Source: Pseudobdellovibrionaceae bacterium
Lineage (GTDB): Bacteria > Bdellovibrionota > Bdellovibrionia > Bdellovibrionales > Bdellovibrionaceae
Reading direction: 5' to 3'
Assembly: GCA_041288045.1 (NCBI GenBank)
Contig: JBGGMM010000027.1
Span: 1 to 19,177 of the forward strand
DNA: 19,177 nt
A model generated the notes under the pieces. That model saw nothing but the letters and a program-made list of their open reading frames with translations, did not search any database and was not told where the DNA came from. This document shows positions 1 through 8,300 of the stretch, in pieces. Within the stretch, counting starts at the first letter, position 1. Each line of letters opens with the position of its first letter. Position numbers and translations under genes: made by a program.

Positions 1-32
1 GGTGAAGGAAAAAGAGAAAGGCACCCTAAGTC

Positions 33-464
33 CTAGAACTTGTTCTTACATTCCAGCTGAGTGTCGTAGACCTGCAGGCTGTGAGACATCATGCGCACGT
101 AAGTGGTATCATCGTAAACCGAGTGGACTGTGGTGTAGAGATCTTCACCCTTCGTCCCTCTCCAGGCCAGGGACTCGCCTCCCTGGTCATTGATGCCATC
201 ACTTTTGGATTCCACTTTGAATTGATATTTCATGATTTTTGGCTGATCTGAATTGTCATTCTCTGGATCGAGAAACACAAAGAAAGCCTGCAGATCCCGA
301 TTGATTCCGCGCTCAATGGTCAAACGAAAGGTCGCAGGTCGTGGCTTTCCCACATTAGCAGTGAAAGTTTTTTCACACACAGTGATCGCAGCCCGTCCCG
401 TATATGCATGTGACTGAGAAAACAAACCAATAAAAAATGCGACAAAAAGCAAAGCCCACTTCAT
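33..464 (-). CDS. Secreted hypothetical protein (143 aa)
   Basis: AGGAGG Shine-Dalgarno upstream of ATG (GAGGAGGTCCTATG); Sec-type signal peptide MKWALLFVAFFIGLFSQSHA; two Cys near the ends of the mature chain. Confidence 0.85.
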   Translation of the reverse strand: MKWALLFVAFFIGLFSQSHAYTGRAAITVCEKTFTANVGKPRPATFRLTIERGINRDLQAFFVFLDPENDNSDQPKIMKYQFKVESKSDGINDQGGESLAWRGTKGEDLYTTVHSVYDDTTYVRMMSHSLQVYDTQLECKNKF

Positions 465-596
465 AGGACCTCCTCAAAAATAACTTTGGCGGAGATTACC
501 ATGAGCTCAAGCCTTCCGGAACTGTCAAACCGAAGAACAGGAAAAAATGACTGGGTTTCAATTATCAACTGCTATCGAATTCATCGAACCAGAGCT

Positions 597-613
597 TGTT
601 TCATTCTGAGACA
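597..613. promoter_or_regulatory. Imperfect palindrome TGTTTCA-N3-TGAGACA, candidate transcription-factor site
   Basis: 6 of 7 positions form an inverted repeat; lies in the divergent intergenic region 465-730. Confidence 0.35.
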
Positions 614-730
614 TGCCATTTCCCCGATGACAGCTGCCTAACTTTTGATCGCCAAATCGCGCTGATTGCAATTCAAGCTCCGATATCAAGGCATAAAAAT
701 TGAAATCCAAAGGGCCGTGAGGTTATATAT

Positions 731-1249
731 ATGAAAACAAATCTTTTCTTGATCGCCATGGCTTTTTCTCTGACTGCAAATTTTGTATGGGCGGCTGATT
801 TCAGTAGCGCCTTTCGCCCGAAAGGTTCTGAAGGGCAAAACGGCTACAACAGCACCGAAAGAGGCAGTCCCCTTTATTGGGGAAACAACCCTGCCCTGGC
901 AAGGGATCCAAATCATGAAGTCATCGACCCATTTCGTGGAAATTTGACTCCAGCTCAAAAACAGGCAAACTTGGAAGCACAAGCAAGAGCCAAAGCAACG
1001 GTTGATCGCCTCAGACTCAAACAGCGAGGCGGAATCACGCCGAAAGCCGCAGGTATTTTGGGCGCTACTGCCGGAGTCGTTGGAGCTGGTGTGATGATTT
1101 ACAATTCAGACACTCTCCTCCAGATAGACACGGTGGAAAGCAGATGCTCAAATGAAAGTGAAAAGTGCAAAGGTCTAATGAAAGCTCTTGTAGATCAGGA
1201 AAATCACCAAGTGAATGACATTCCACTACAAGGGGACGCCTCCAAATAA
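731..1249 (+). CDS. Secreted or membrane-associated hypothetical protein (172 aa)
   Basis: GAGG RBS; signal peptide MKTNLFLIAMAFSLTANFVWA; Gly/Ala-rich hydrophobic stretch AAGILGATAGVVGAGVMIY followed by a C-x6-C pair. Confidence 0.85.
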   Translation: MKTNLFLIAMAFSLTANFVWAADFSSAFRPKGSEGQNGYNSTERGSPLYWGNNPALARDPNHEVIDPFRGNLTPAQKQANLEAQARAKATVDRLRLKQRGGITPKAAGILGATAGVVGAGVMIYNSDTLLQIDTVESRCSNESEKCKGLMKALVDQENHQVNDIPLQGDASK

Positions 1250-1330
1250 TGGTGATTATCGGTCTCTTCACTCCCTGACCTTTCGACAGGTCCAGAAGAC
1301 AAGCCCAAAGCCCTTTGGTAAGCTGAGCCT

Positions 1331-1816
1331 ATGGCACTACAGCGGATTTCCAAATGGATTTTGGGCTTTGTTTTTTTCATTATTGGCAGCTTAGCCCAAG
1401 CTGGAAATTCAGGCCCAGACCGAGTGGTCGTCTTTAAAAGCAAAGAAAAAGACCTTCTCAGCTCGAGCTTTCGCGTCGGCCTTCGCTCCACAGCTGATGA
1501 AATCATGAAAGATCCCGAAAAATTTTGGTCCTCTCGCCAGCAGCGAAAAGTGATCGACTCTCTCAACAAGAAAAGCAGCAAAGAAGATCCCTCGGCAGTT
1601 GAAATCCGCTACGTGCAAATTGAATCCTATGAAGTGAAAAAGAAAGAGCACGAATTCGAAGTGAAAACCAAGCTCGTCGAAAAGACATCTGGTCTACTGA
1701 AGGCCAATGACGAAATCCTCAAGCAGATTCAAAACATTCCCACAGGAGCCGAAGGAAAAGTTGTCTTCGTCATTTTGTTCTTTCAGCCACCACCAAAAAA
1801 AAGGAGCGGCCCTTGA
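1331..1816 (+). CDS. Secreted hypothetical protein (161 aa)
   Basis: Signal peptide-like N-terminus ending LAQA; stop codon overlaps the next start (TTGA). Confidence 0.8.
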   Translation: MALQRISKWILGFVFFIIGSLAQAGNSGPDRVVVFKSKEKDLLSSSFRVGLRSTADEIMKDPEKFWSSRQQRKVIDSLNKKSSKEDPSAVEIRYVQIESYEVKKKEHEFEVKTKLVEKTSGLLKANDEILKQIQNIPTGAEGKVVFVILFFQPPPKKRSGP

Positions 1817-3210
1817 AAGCAGGCCTCGCTCTTTTGCTCTCGTCTTTTCTTGGCTTGAATTCAGCACTGGCTTCACCTGTCGATGCTTGCGATCGCAATG
1901 GCATTCCAGGACCTGTGTCCTTGCTTGATAAAAGCGAAACTGTTCAAAAAATTTTAACGGCCGAGCTCTTGCCCACTCCTTTTCAATATGCTTGTCCGAA
2001 AGGGGCTCGGCAAGAAGAGATCCCAAAGGGTCTGCAAACCACAATTCCTCGCTATGACCTTCAGGGAAATGACGGGCATCGGCTCCTCTCTCATCTCGCA
2101 CAGAGTCTCAATTCCAAATTAGAGAAAAATAAAGATCTCAATCAATACATGCTTGGTTGCATCGATCCAAGTTCAGGAACTGTGACCTGCGCTCAAGAAG
2201 TGATTAAAGGAATCAAAGAAGTCAATTCAGCGGCTCGCCAGCACCGCGCTTATTCTCAAGCCTTGGACCCAGACGCTCCCCTCAAAGCCGGATCGATTTC
2301 CCTGCCTGACCACACTTTCAAATTTCAGAAATGGGAAAATTACAGCACAAAAGAAATGGAGAATGCGAAAACATTCGCAAATCTCATCAAGCAAGAAGTC
2401 CAAAAAAAGATTCCCAAGGGAAATTCAGATAAAAACTTGATGGCAAAATCCATGACCATCATTCAATCTCATGAGAATTCAGAATACAAAACTCTCATGG
2501 AAAATTACAGAATTCTTCAATTTCTTTCCTCTGAAAATCCCACAGCCAAAGAGATTCGACACTCCTTTCTGCGTATGGAAGCCAATCGCCAAATGCAGGA
2601 ATCAAAATCAAAAAATTTTGAAGCTGATCTCAATCCCAAAGCCAAAGAGATCGACACCGATCCCCTCTGGATCTTACTTGCAGACCCTGTCGAGACTGAA
2701 AAATTTCTGATTCAAAATCCTCAGTATTGCACTTTGGCCACGGCAATGCTGCAACAACTGACCAATCAGAAAGAAAAAATGAAACAATGGGTCTCCATCG
2801 GACTCATTGCCGGCACATTTGTCGCGCCTCATCTGGTAGGGGGTGCCTATGTGTTTCTACGAGCCGGCGCGGGAGCTGCTGCGGCACAAACGGCTGCAAC
2901 TGCCACACGACTGGGAGCGAACTCTGCAGTCTCCCTTTACTGGGCCAAGGATCCTCTTGCACATTATATGGATATGAAAAGATCTGTCGCTCTGGGGCCA
3001 CTGGGTGAGGATGCAACACAAACCCTGGAGTCTGTCTCAACAGCCAAAGAAAAATTTGACGACGCCCTTTACTTTCAACTCCCCAGCAGCCTCGTCGTTG
3101 GCGGCGCCCTCGGAGCCACTCAAAATATCGCCAGCCAAGCTTTTTTCAAGGTTGTCTCTCAATTGGGAAAAGCAAGAGCCCCGGCAGCAGCCACTTTCCG
3201 AGGAAATTAG
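1813..3210 (+). CDS. Hypothetical exported protein with C-terminal hydrophobic Gly/Ala-rich segments (465 aa)
   Basis: Long ORF; TTG start coupled to the upstream stop with AGGAG upstream; signal peptide MKAGLALLLSSFLGLNSALA; hydrophobic segments near 2788-2943 and 3079-3135. Confidence 0.85.
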   Translation: MKAGLALLLSSFLGLNSALASPVDACDRNGIPGPVSLLDKSETVQKILTAELLPTPFQYACPKGARQEEIPKGLQTTIPRYDLQGNDGHRLLSHLAQSLNSKLEKNKDLNQYMLGCIDPSSGTVTCAQEVIKGIKEVNSAARQHRAYSQALDPDAPLKAGSISLPDHTFKFQKWENYSTKEMENAKTFANLIKQEVQKKIPKGNSDKNLMAKSMTIIQSHENSEYKTLMENYRILQFLSSENPTAKEIRHSFLRMEANRQMQESKSKNFEADLNPKAKEIDTDPLWILLADPVETEKFLIQNPQYCTLATAMLQQLTNQKEKMKQWVSIGLIAGTFVAPHLVGGAYVFLRAGAGAAAAQTAATATRLGANSAVSLYWAKDPLAHYMDMKRSVALGPLGEDATQTLESVSTAKEKFDDALYFQLPSSLVVGGALGATQNIASQAFFKVVSQLGKARAPAAATFRGN

Positions 3211-3222
3211 ATCTTCGAGACT

Positions 3223-3507
3223 TTAAAACAATTCCGATTCCCAGCCGCCTTCGCTGTCTTCGCTTCCCCATGAATCATCGAGGTGAGAGTCTCGGTCTTC
3301 GCTCTCGTCCCAACCGCCCTGGCTGGATTCATATTCTGACCATTTGCAGTCTGAATGAATAAGGTCGTCAAATTCGAGATCCTCACAGGCCTGAGCGGGA
3401 ATAGGATCGAGATGTTGAGAGCCTTTGCTCTTGCCCTTGGCTTGGGCCACGGCAGCTGCCGCCAAAAAGATCAAAAGAACGCCAAAAGCCAATTTCGATT
3501 TTGTCAT
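3223..3507 (-). CDS. Small secreted acidic protein (94 aa; start revised from 3657)
   Basis: GGAGGT SD precedes the ATG at 3507; signal peptide MTKSKLAFGVLLIFLAAAAVAQA; D/E/S/W-rich tail. Confidence 0.8.
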   Translation of the reverse strand: MTKSKLAFGVLLIFLAAAAVAQAKGKSKGSQHLDPIPAQACEDLEFDDLIHSDCKWSEYESSQGGWDESEDRDSHLDDSWGSEDSEGGWESELF

Positions 3508-3686
3508 AGAACCTCCAGATGGGGCTCGGAACATAGCTGAGGCCTTCAGGTCTGCCAAGTGAATCCCTGTCCAATCTTTAAACAGGCCTGTCTTTTTTTT
3601 AGAAGCACTGCCTGAGAGTGGAAATTTTTCGGAAAACTGATTAGATTTGGCTTTCAAATTCAGATTTCAAAATTCCTGGAGGATTT

Positions 3687-3923
3687 ATGAAACGCGCACT
3701 TACTTTTTTGGCCCTGACAATTTCGGCATCTTCTGTTTTCGCTTATCCAAACGCAATTCAGTGCAATGCGACTGAAGAATGCCCTGTGGTTTCTGAAAGC
3801 TACAAAAAGGCCCGCAAGGTCTGCAATCAGTCTCTGATGATGACAGTTCCTGTTTATCAACAGCAGGAAGATGGCAACAATAAGCACCTTGGCTACACTT
3901 GCGTTCAGTTTAGCGGCAATTAA
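3687..3923 (+). CDS. Small secreted four-cysteine protein (78 aa)
   Basis: GGAGG SD; signal peptide MKRALTFLALTISASSVFA; 4 Cys in the mature part. Confidence 0.85.
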   Translation: MKRALTFLALTISASSVFAYPNAIQCNATEECPVVSESYKKARKVCNQSLMMTVPVYQQQEDGNNKHLGYTCVQFSGN

Positions 3924-3934
3924 TTTTTTTTCTG

Positions 3935-3965
3935 TTGGCTTGCTAGGATCTGACTGGCAAGCCGA
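3935..3965 (+). terminator. Stem-loop downstream of the 78-aa gene, possible terminator
   Basis: TTGGCTTGCTAG-7 nt-CTGGCAAGCCGA (12 bp with G-U pairs); the T-run lies about 14 nt downstream, so the geometry is not canonical. Confidence 0.4.
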
Positions 3966-4076
3966 GCTTCATCAGTCTCTTTTTTTCTTTACAATCCCGA
4001 CCTCGCTCCAAGCATTGCTAAAAAAATTGGCTTCCCCTTGAGTTCATCTGCAAAGCATGGGAACCTAAAAGCAATC

Positions 4077-4544
4077 ATGATCCCTTTTGAAGCCAAATTA
4101 AAATCCACTCCTGTTGAGCACATTTTGACTCTGAGCGGTCCATTGGATGAAAGCGCCGAGCTTCCCAAATTGAAAGAGAAAAAAAATATCCGTGTGCATT
4201 TGGGCCGACTGACACACGTCAGTTCGCATGGAATCAAGATCTGGTGCAAATGGCTGCTTGAACATGACCAATGGCCAGCCATTTTGCTGGAGGAATGCCC
4301 ACATCTGTTTGTGCGAAATTTTTCAAGCCTGAAGGGCTTTCTCACCCCCAATGTCAGCGTGCTTTCTTTTTACGTCCCTTTTTACAGTGAAGCGACGGAT
4401 GAAGCCAAAGACGTTTTGTTTTTACGCGAGAGAGAGTTCAAAAAAGATGGCAGCTTGAACATTCCAAAGGTCATGGACAGCCGGGGCCAAGCGATGGAAA
4501 TGGATGTCATTGAAGCTAAGTACTTCTCCTTTCTCAAGCCGTGA
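4077..4544 (+). CDS. STAS-like (anti-anti-sigma-type) protein, copy 1, lacking the Cys motifs
   Basis: LTLSGPLD...LGRLTHVSSHGIKIW resembles the STAS beta-strand and the phospho-Ser loop (SpoIIAA-type DSSG); paralogous to 11501-11995. ATG 4077 preferred over TTG 4038. Confidence 0.7.
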   Translation: MIPFEAKLKSTPVEHILTLSGPLDESAELPKLKEKKNIRVHLGRLTHVSSHGIKIWCKWLLEHDQWPAILLEECPHLFVRNFSSLKGFLTPNVSVLSFYVPFYSEATDEAKDVLFLREREFKKDGSLNIPKVMDSRGQAMEMDVIEAKYFSFLKP

Positions 4545-5395
4545 AAACCGTTCTTGACCTTTACTCACATCTTTTCACTTCCACTCAGCTCAAAGCTTTT
4601 CAAAGTTTTTTCCAGCAAGTACAGGTTCTTAAAATTCCAGAGGACCTGCAATTGCTCCAGCAAGCCGAACCCAGAACCACAGTCGTCATCATTGAGAAAA
4701 TGTCGCCCTATCTGGCAATGAAAATGATGGAAAGAGGATTTGCTCATTGCCTTTCCCCCGAAAGAGAGGACTTCAGGCAGGAGCTTTTGGCTTCGTGTCT
4801 ACTGCTCTTGAAACCAAGACTTCTGCTGGCCAGTCCATCGCCATTTTTTCTCAGCAGCTTGGCCTCTTCAAGTGAGGATTTAGAGAAATTTCCGCCGCTT
4901 TTGACATTCCCCGTTCGCTGGAGCCGAGAGAAGCCTGCATTTCTTGAAGCCCTGGGAAAATATTTGCAACAACAGAAAAAAACTCAAGCCATTGAGCCTT
5001 TGATTCATCAAATCGCCGATGAACTTTTCGCTAACGCGATTGCAGCAGCAGAAAAATCAACAAAACAAGAATCCATTGCAACAACGGGCGCTCCCATCCG
5101 TTTTTTCTGCGCAGTTGATGAAAAAAGTTTGATGCTGGGCTGTGAGGATTCTTTCGGGACTTTGGACCGGAAGTCTCTTTTGGCGCATTTGTCTCGGATT
5201 TACTCGTCTGAAACGACAGCCCCGAACCTCGATGAAGGTGCCACTGGCCTAGGCCTGAAGCTGGTCATTGATAATTCTGCCAGCGTTTCGGTTTATTGCA
5301 AAAAAGAAACACAAACCATCGTTGCCTGCACTTTGCTCCTGAAAGGCATTCGAGCCAATGCCAAGCCAAATAAGCATTTTCATTTGATGATTTGA
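4541..5395 (+). CDS. RsbW/SpoIIAB-like GHKL ATPase (putative Ser kinase/anti-sigma), copy 1
   Basis: N-box IADELFANAI, G1-like GCEDSFGTL, G2 GATGLGLKLV; no recognisable H-box; GTGA overlap with the upstream stop. Confidence 0.75.
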   Translation: MKTVLDLYSHLFTSTQLKAFQSFFQQVQVLKIPEDLQLLQQAEPRTTVVIIEKMSPYLAMKMMERGFAHCLSPEREDFRQELLASCLLLLKPRLLLASPSPFFLSSLASSSEDLEKFPPLLTFPVRWSREKPAFLEALGKYLQQQKKTQAIEPLIHQIADELFANAIAAAEKSTKQESIATTGAPIRFFCAVDEKSLMLGCEDSFGTLDRKSLLAHLSRIYSSETTAPNLDEGATGLGLKLVIDNSASVSVYCKKETQTIVACTLLLKGIRANAKPNKHFHLMI

Positions 5396-8300
5396 ATTCA
5401 GTTCTGAAGCTCTTTTTCCGAAAGGAATTCGGGAGTTTCGCACACATGAGTATCGCTGCATCTCAAAAATCCCGACCTTCGATTTCAATTCCTGATGTTG
5501 AGATTTTAAGTCTTCTCGGTGAAGGCCGACAAAGCTATGTTTACAAAGCCCGGAAAGGCAGCCAGCTTTTGGCGGTCAAAATTCAAAAAATACGCGACCC
5601 CAATTTGCAAAAATCGGAAGCCATCCACTTTAAAAGAGAAGCCGCTTTTCTTTCTTCGCTCCGCGATCCAGGTCTGCCAGAAATTTTCGATGTTGGTGAG
5701 ATCAACGACACTGCCTTTTTTATTGAGCAGTACATCGAAGGCACCAATCTTCGACAGATTCTCGATCGAAAACAAATGCCGGCCTCTCAGATTGTTTCAC
5801 TGGCGAAAGAACTCAGCCGGGTGTTTGTTAAAATCCACCGGCATGGGCTTGTGCACCGGGATATCAAATCCAAAAATATTCTTATCGACTCTTCGGGAAA
5901 ACCCTATCTGATCGATTTCGGTTTGGCTCAGAGAGCAGACCCGAAAAAAACCACTGAAGAAATGTCAGGCACATTTCTTTATAGCTCTCCCGAACAAGCC
6001 GGAGTGATCGATCGGGCGATCGATGCCAGAAGCGACCTTTACTCTTTTGGTGTCGTTCTGTTTGAATGCGCCACCGGTCAAGTGCCCTTTCAATCCACCA
6101 ATCTCGCTGAGCTTGTGAAAATGCATGCCACGCAAAAACCAAAGTGCATTCGCGAAAGCCGTCCGGATTTGCCTCTGGCTCTGGATGCCATCATTCAAAA
6201 ACTTTTGGCCAAAGATCCCGATGACCGCTACCCCTCAGCCGAGAGCCTCTTGTTGGATTTGGAAAATTTCTCTGAAATCGAAAGAGATCTCAGCAATGGA
6301 CAATCCTTTGTTTTGGGAACTGAAGATCCGCTCGAGGTTTTTCATGACTCAGGTCACTTGGTCGGTCGACGGGAAGAACTTTCCCAGATTTTAAAATCCT
6401 GGGAAAGAGTGCAGACCCAGGGTGGCACTGTGCTGATGGTTGAGGGGAATTCCGGAATGGGAAAGACCCGCTTGATCCGAGAGCTGATGAAAGTTGCGCA
6501 AGCCGAAGGAGCTTTGATTCTCAACGGGAAATGCAGTCAAGGGGGAAATCCCCTTCCCTTTTCACCACTTCGAGAAGCAGTTGAAAGTTATCTCTACCGA
6601 TCAAAGAAATTTTCGCCCACTGAAAAAAATGAAAGCGACCTTCGCTTTTTGGCGGCAGTTGGCGAAAATGCTTCTCTGTTAAAAAATTTAACCCCGAAAC
6701 TAAAAGAACTTCTTGCTGACAAGGCCGGATCCGAAGCTTCTACCCACGCCAGCCTAGATCAATTTTATTCGGTGCTGGTCGACTTTCTTTTGGCCCTGCC
6801 GCGAGAGTTCGGCAAAGTGGTGCTGTTTATCGATGACGTTCAGTGGCTCGATGATGCCACACGAACGATCTTCACTTATCTGCAAGACCGCCTGGCACAA
6901 AGCAAAATGCTGATTGTCTGCACCAGCCGCAATGAACAAGAAAGTTCACAAGGCCTTGAGACTTTCAAAAAAGAAGTAAAGAAAATCCTCAGTGCCCAGT
7001 TTTCCCTAAAAGCCTTCAGTGACAAAGAGACTGAAGAACTGATTTCATTGCAACTGGGCGGACAAAAAATTTCGCAAGAATTGGTTCAACAAATTCAAAC
7101 TCGCAGCGGCGGAAATCCCTTTGCCGTAGGAGAGTTTGTCAGATCCTTGATGGATGCCGGATTTCTCACTCCGTCTTGGGGGACTTGGAAATTGGATCAA
7201 GCTGGCCTTCAGCAGACCGAGCTTTCTCAAAACGTCATTGATCTTGTTTTGAAACGAGCGGCTTCTTTGAACTCTCAGACCAAATCCCTGCTTTCAACGG
7301 CAGGCCTTTGGGGACCGAAATTTCCAATTTCTGTCATGGCAGAAATCTGCGAATTGACCCCGAAAGCCAAAGCCATTTGCATTGCTGAGGCTTTGCAGGC
7401 CCACTTGATTGAGCCCACCAATCATTCCGATGAGTTTTCTTTCATTCATGACCGTGTTCAAGAGGCCTTTGCGGCTTCTTTGAGTCCAGAGCAAAAAACA
7501 AAAATCCATCAACAAATGGCTGAATGTTTGGAGCGACAGCGTTCTTCTGATGATGAGTATGTCTATGAGCTTGCTGATCATTACAGATTGGGATTGACAG
7601 CTAAAAATCCGCAGAGAGTTTTTGAAACCCATGTTCAAGCCGGAAAAAAAGCTCTATCCGAATTTGCCGCAGATGAGGCCTTTCATTATTTCTTAAGAGC
7701 GCAAGACTTTGCCCTGGAAAAAAATCTGCCCATGAATTTGGAATTTAAAAATTTGCGGGCCGAATCCTGCGTTTTGATCGGCCGCTATGCAGAGGCTTTG
7801 CAACTCTTGCATGAAATTCTTGAAAATTCAAAAGAGCCCATTGCTCGAGCCAAAGTCCACAACCGTCTGGCTCGACTCTATCAATTTCGAAGAGAAATCA
7901 AAAAGTCCTGGTCGCACGCTCTGGAAGGTCTGGATGAATTGGGGCTTCGAAAAAAAGGCCGTCCGATTCGCAACGCACTTCGCATTTTATTTGATATTTT
8001 TCGCGGCGTTTTGATGGATCAACTGTCGATTCATCTGAAACCTGCCCGTGGCGAAATGCTCGAAAAACATCAGATCTCGACAGAGCTTTATGAAGTCGGC
8101 GGAGTGACGGCTTATTTCCTGAATGACCCAATCAAATTTCTCTCGGTCATGCCACCGAGCATTTATCCCGCCATGCGAATCGGGATCTCAAAAGAATTGG
8201 CTATTGCCTATGCTGCTTTCTCCGGCGGGCTTGGCGTGTTGGGTTTTAAGAAATTAGCTCAGCAGTACGTCAAGAAAAGCCTGGCTGTGGCCACTCAGAT

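Noticed and set aside
660..686. CCGATAT resembling a sigma28 -10 element
   Set aside because: No TAAA-like -35 at the required spacing
3508..3657. N-terminal extension of the acidic secreted protein
   Set aside because: The SD and signal peptide both point to ATG 3507
4541..5395. Calling the GHKL proteins sensor histidine kinases
   Set aside because: No recognisable H-box/DHp helix, and the STAS and PP2C neighbours favour RsbW-type Ser kinases
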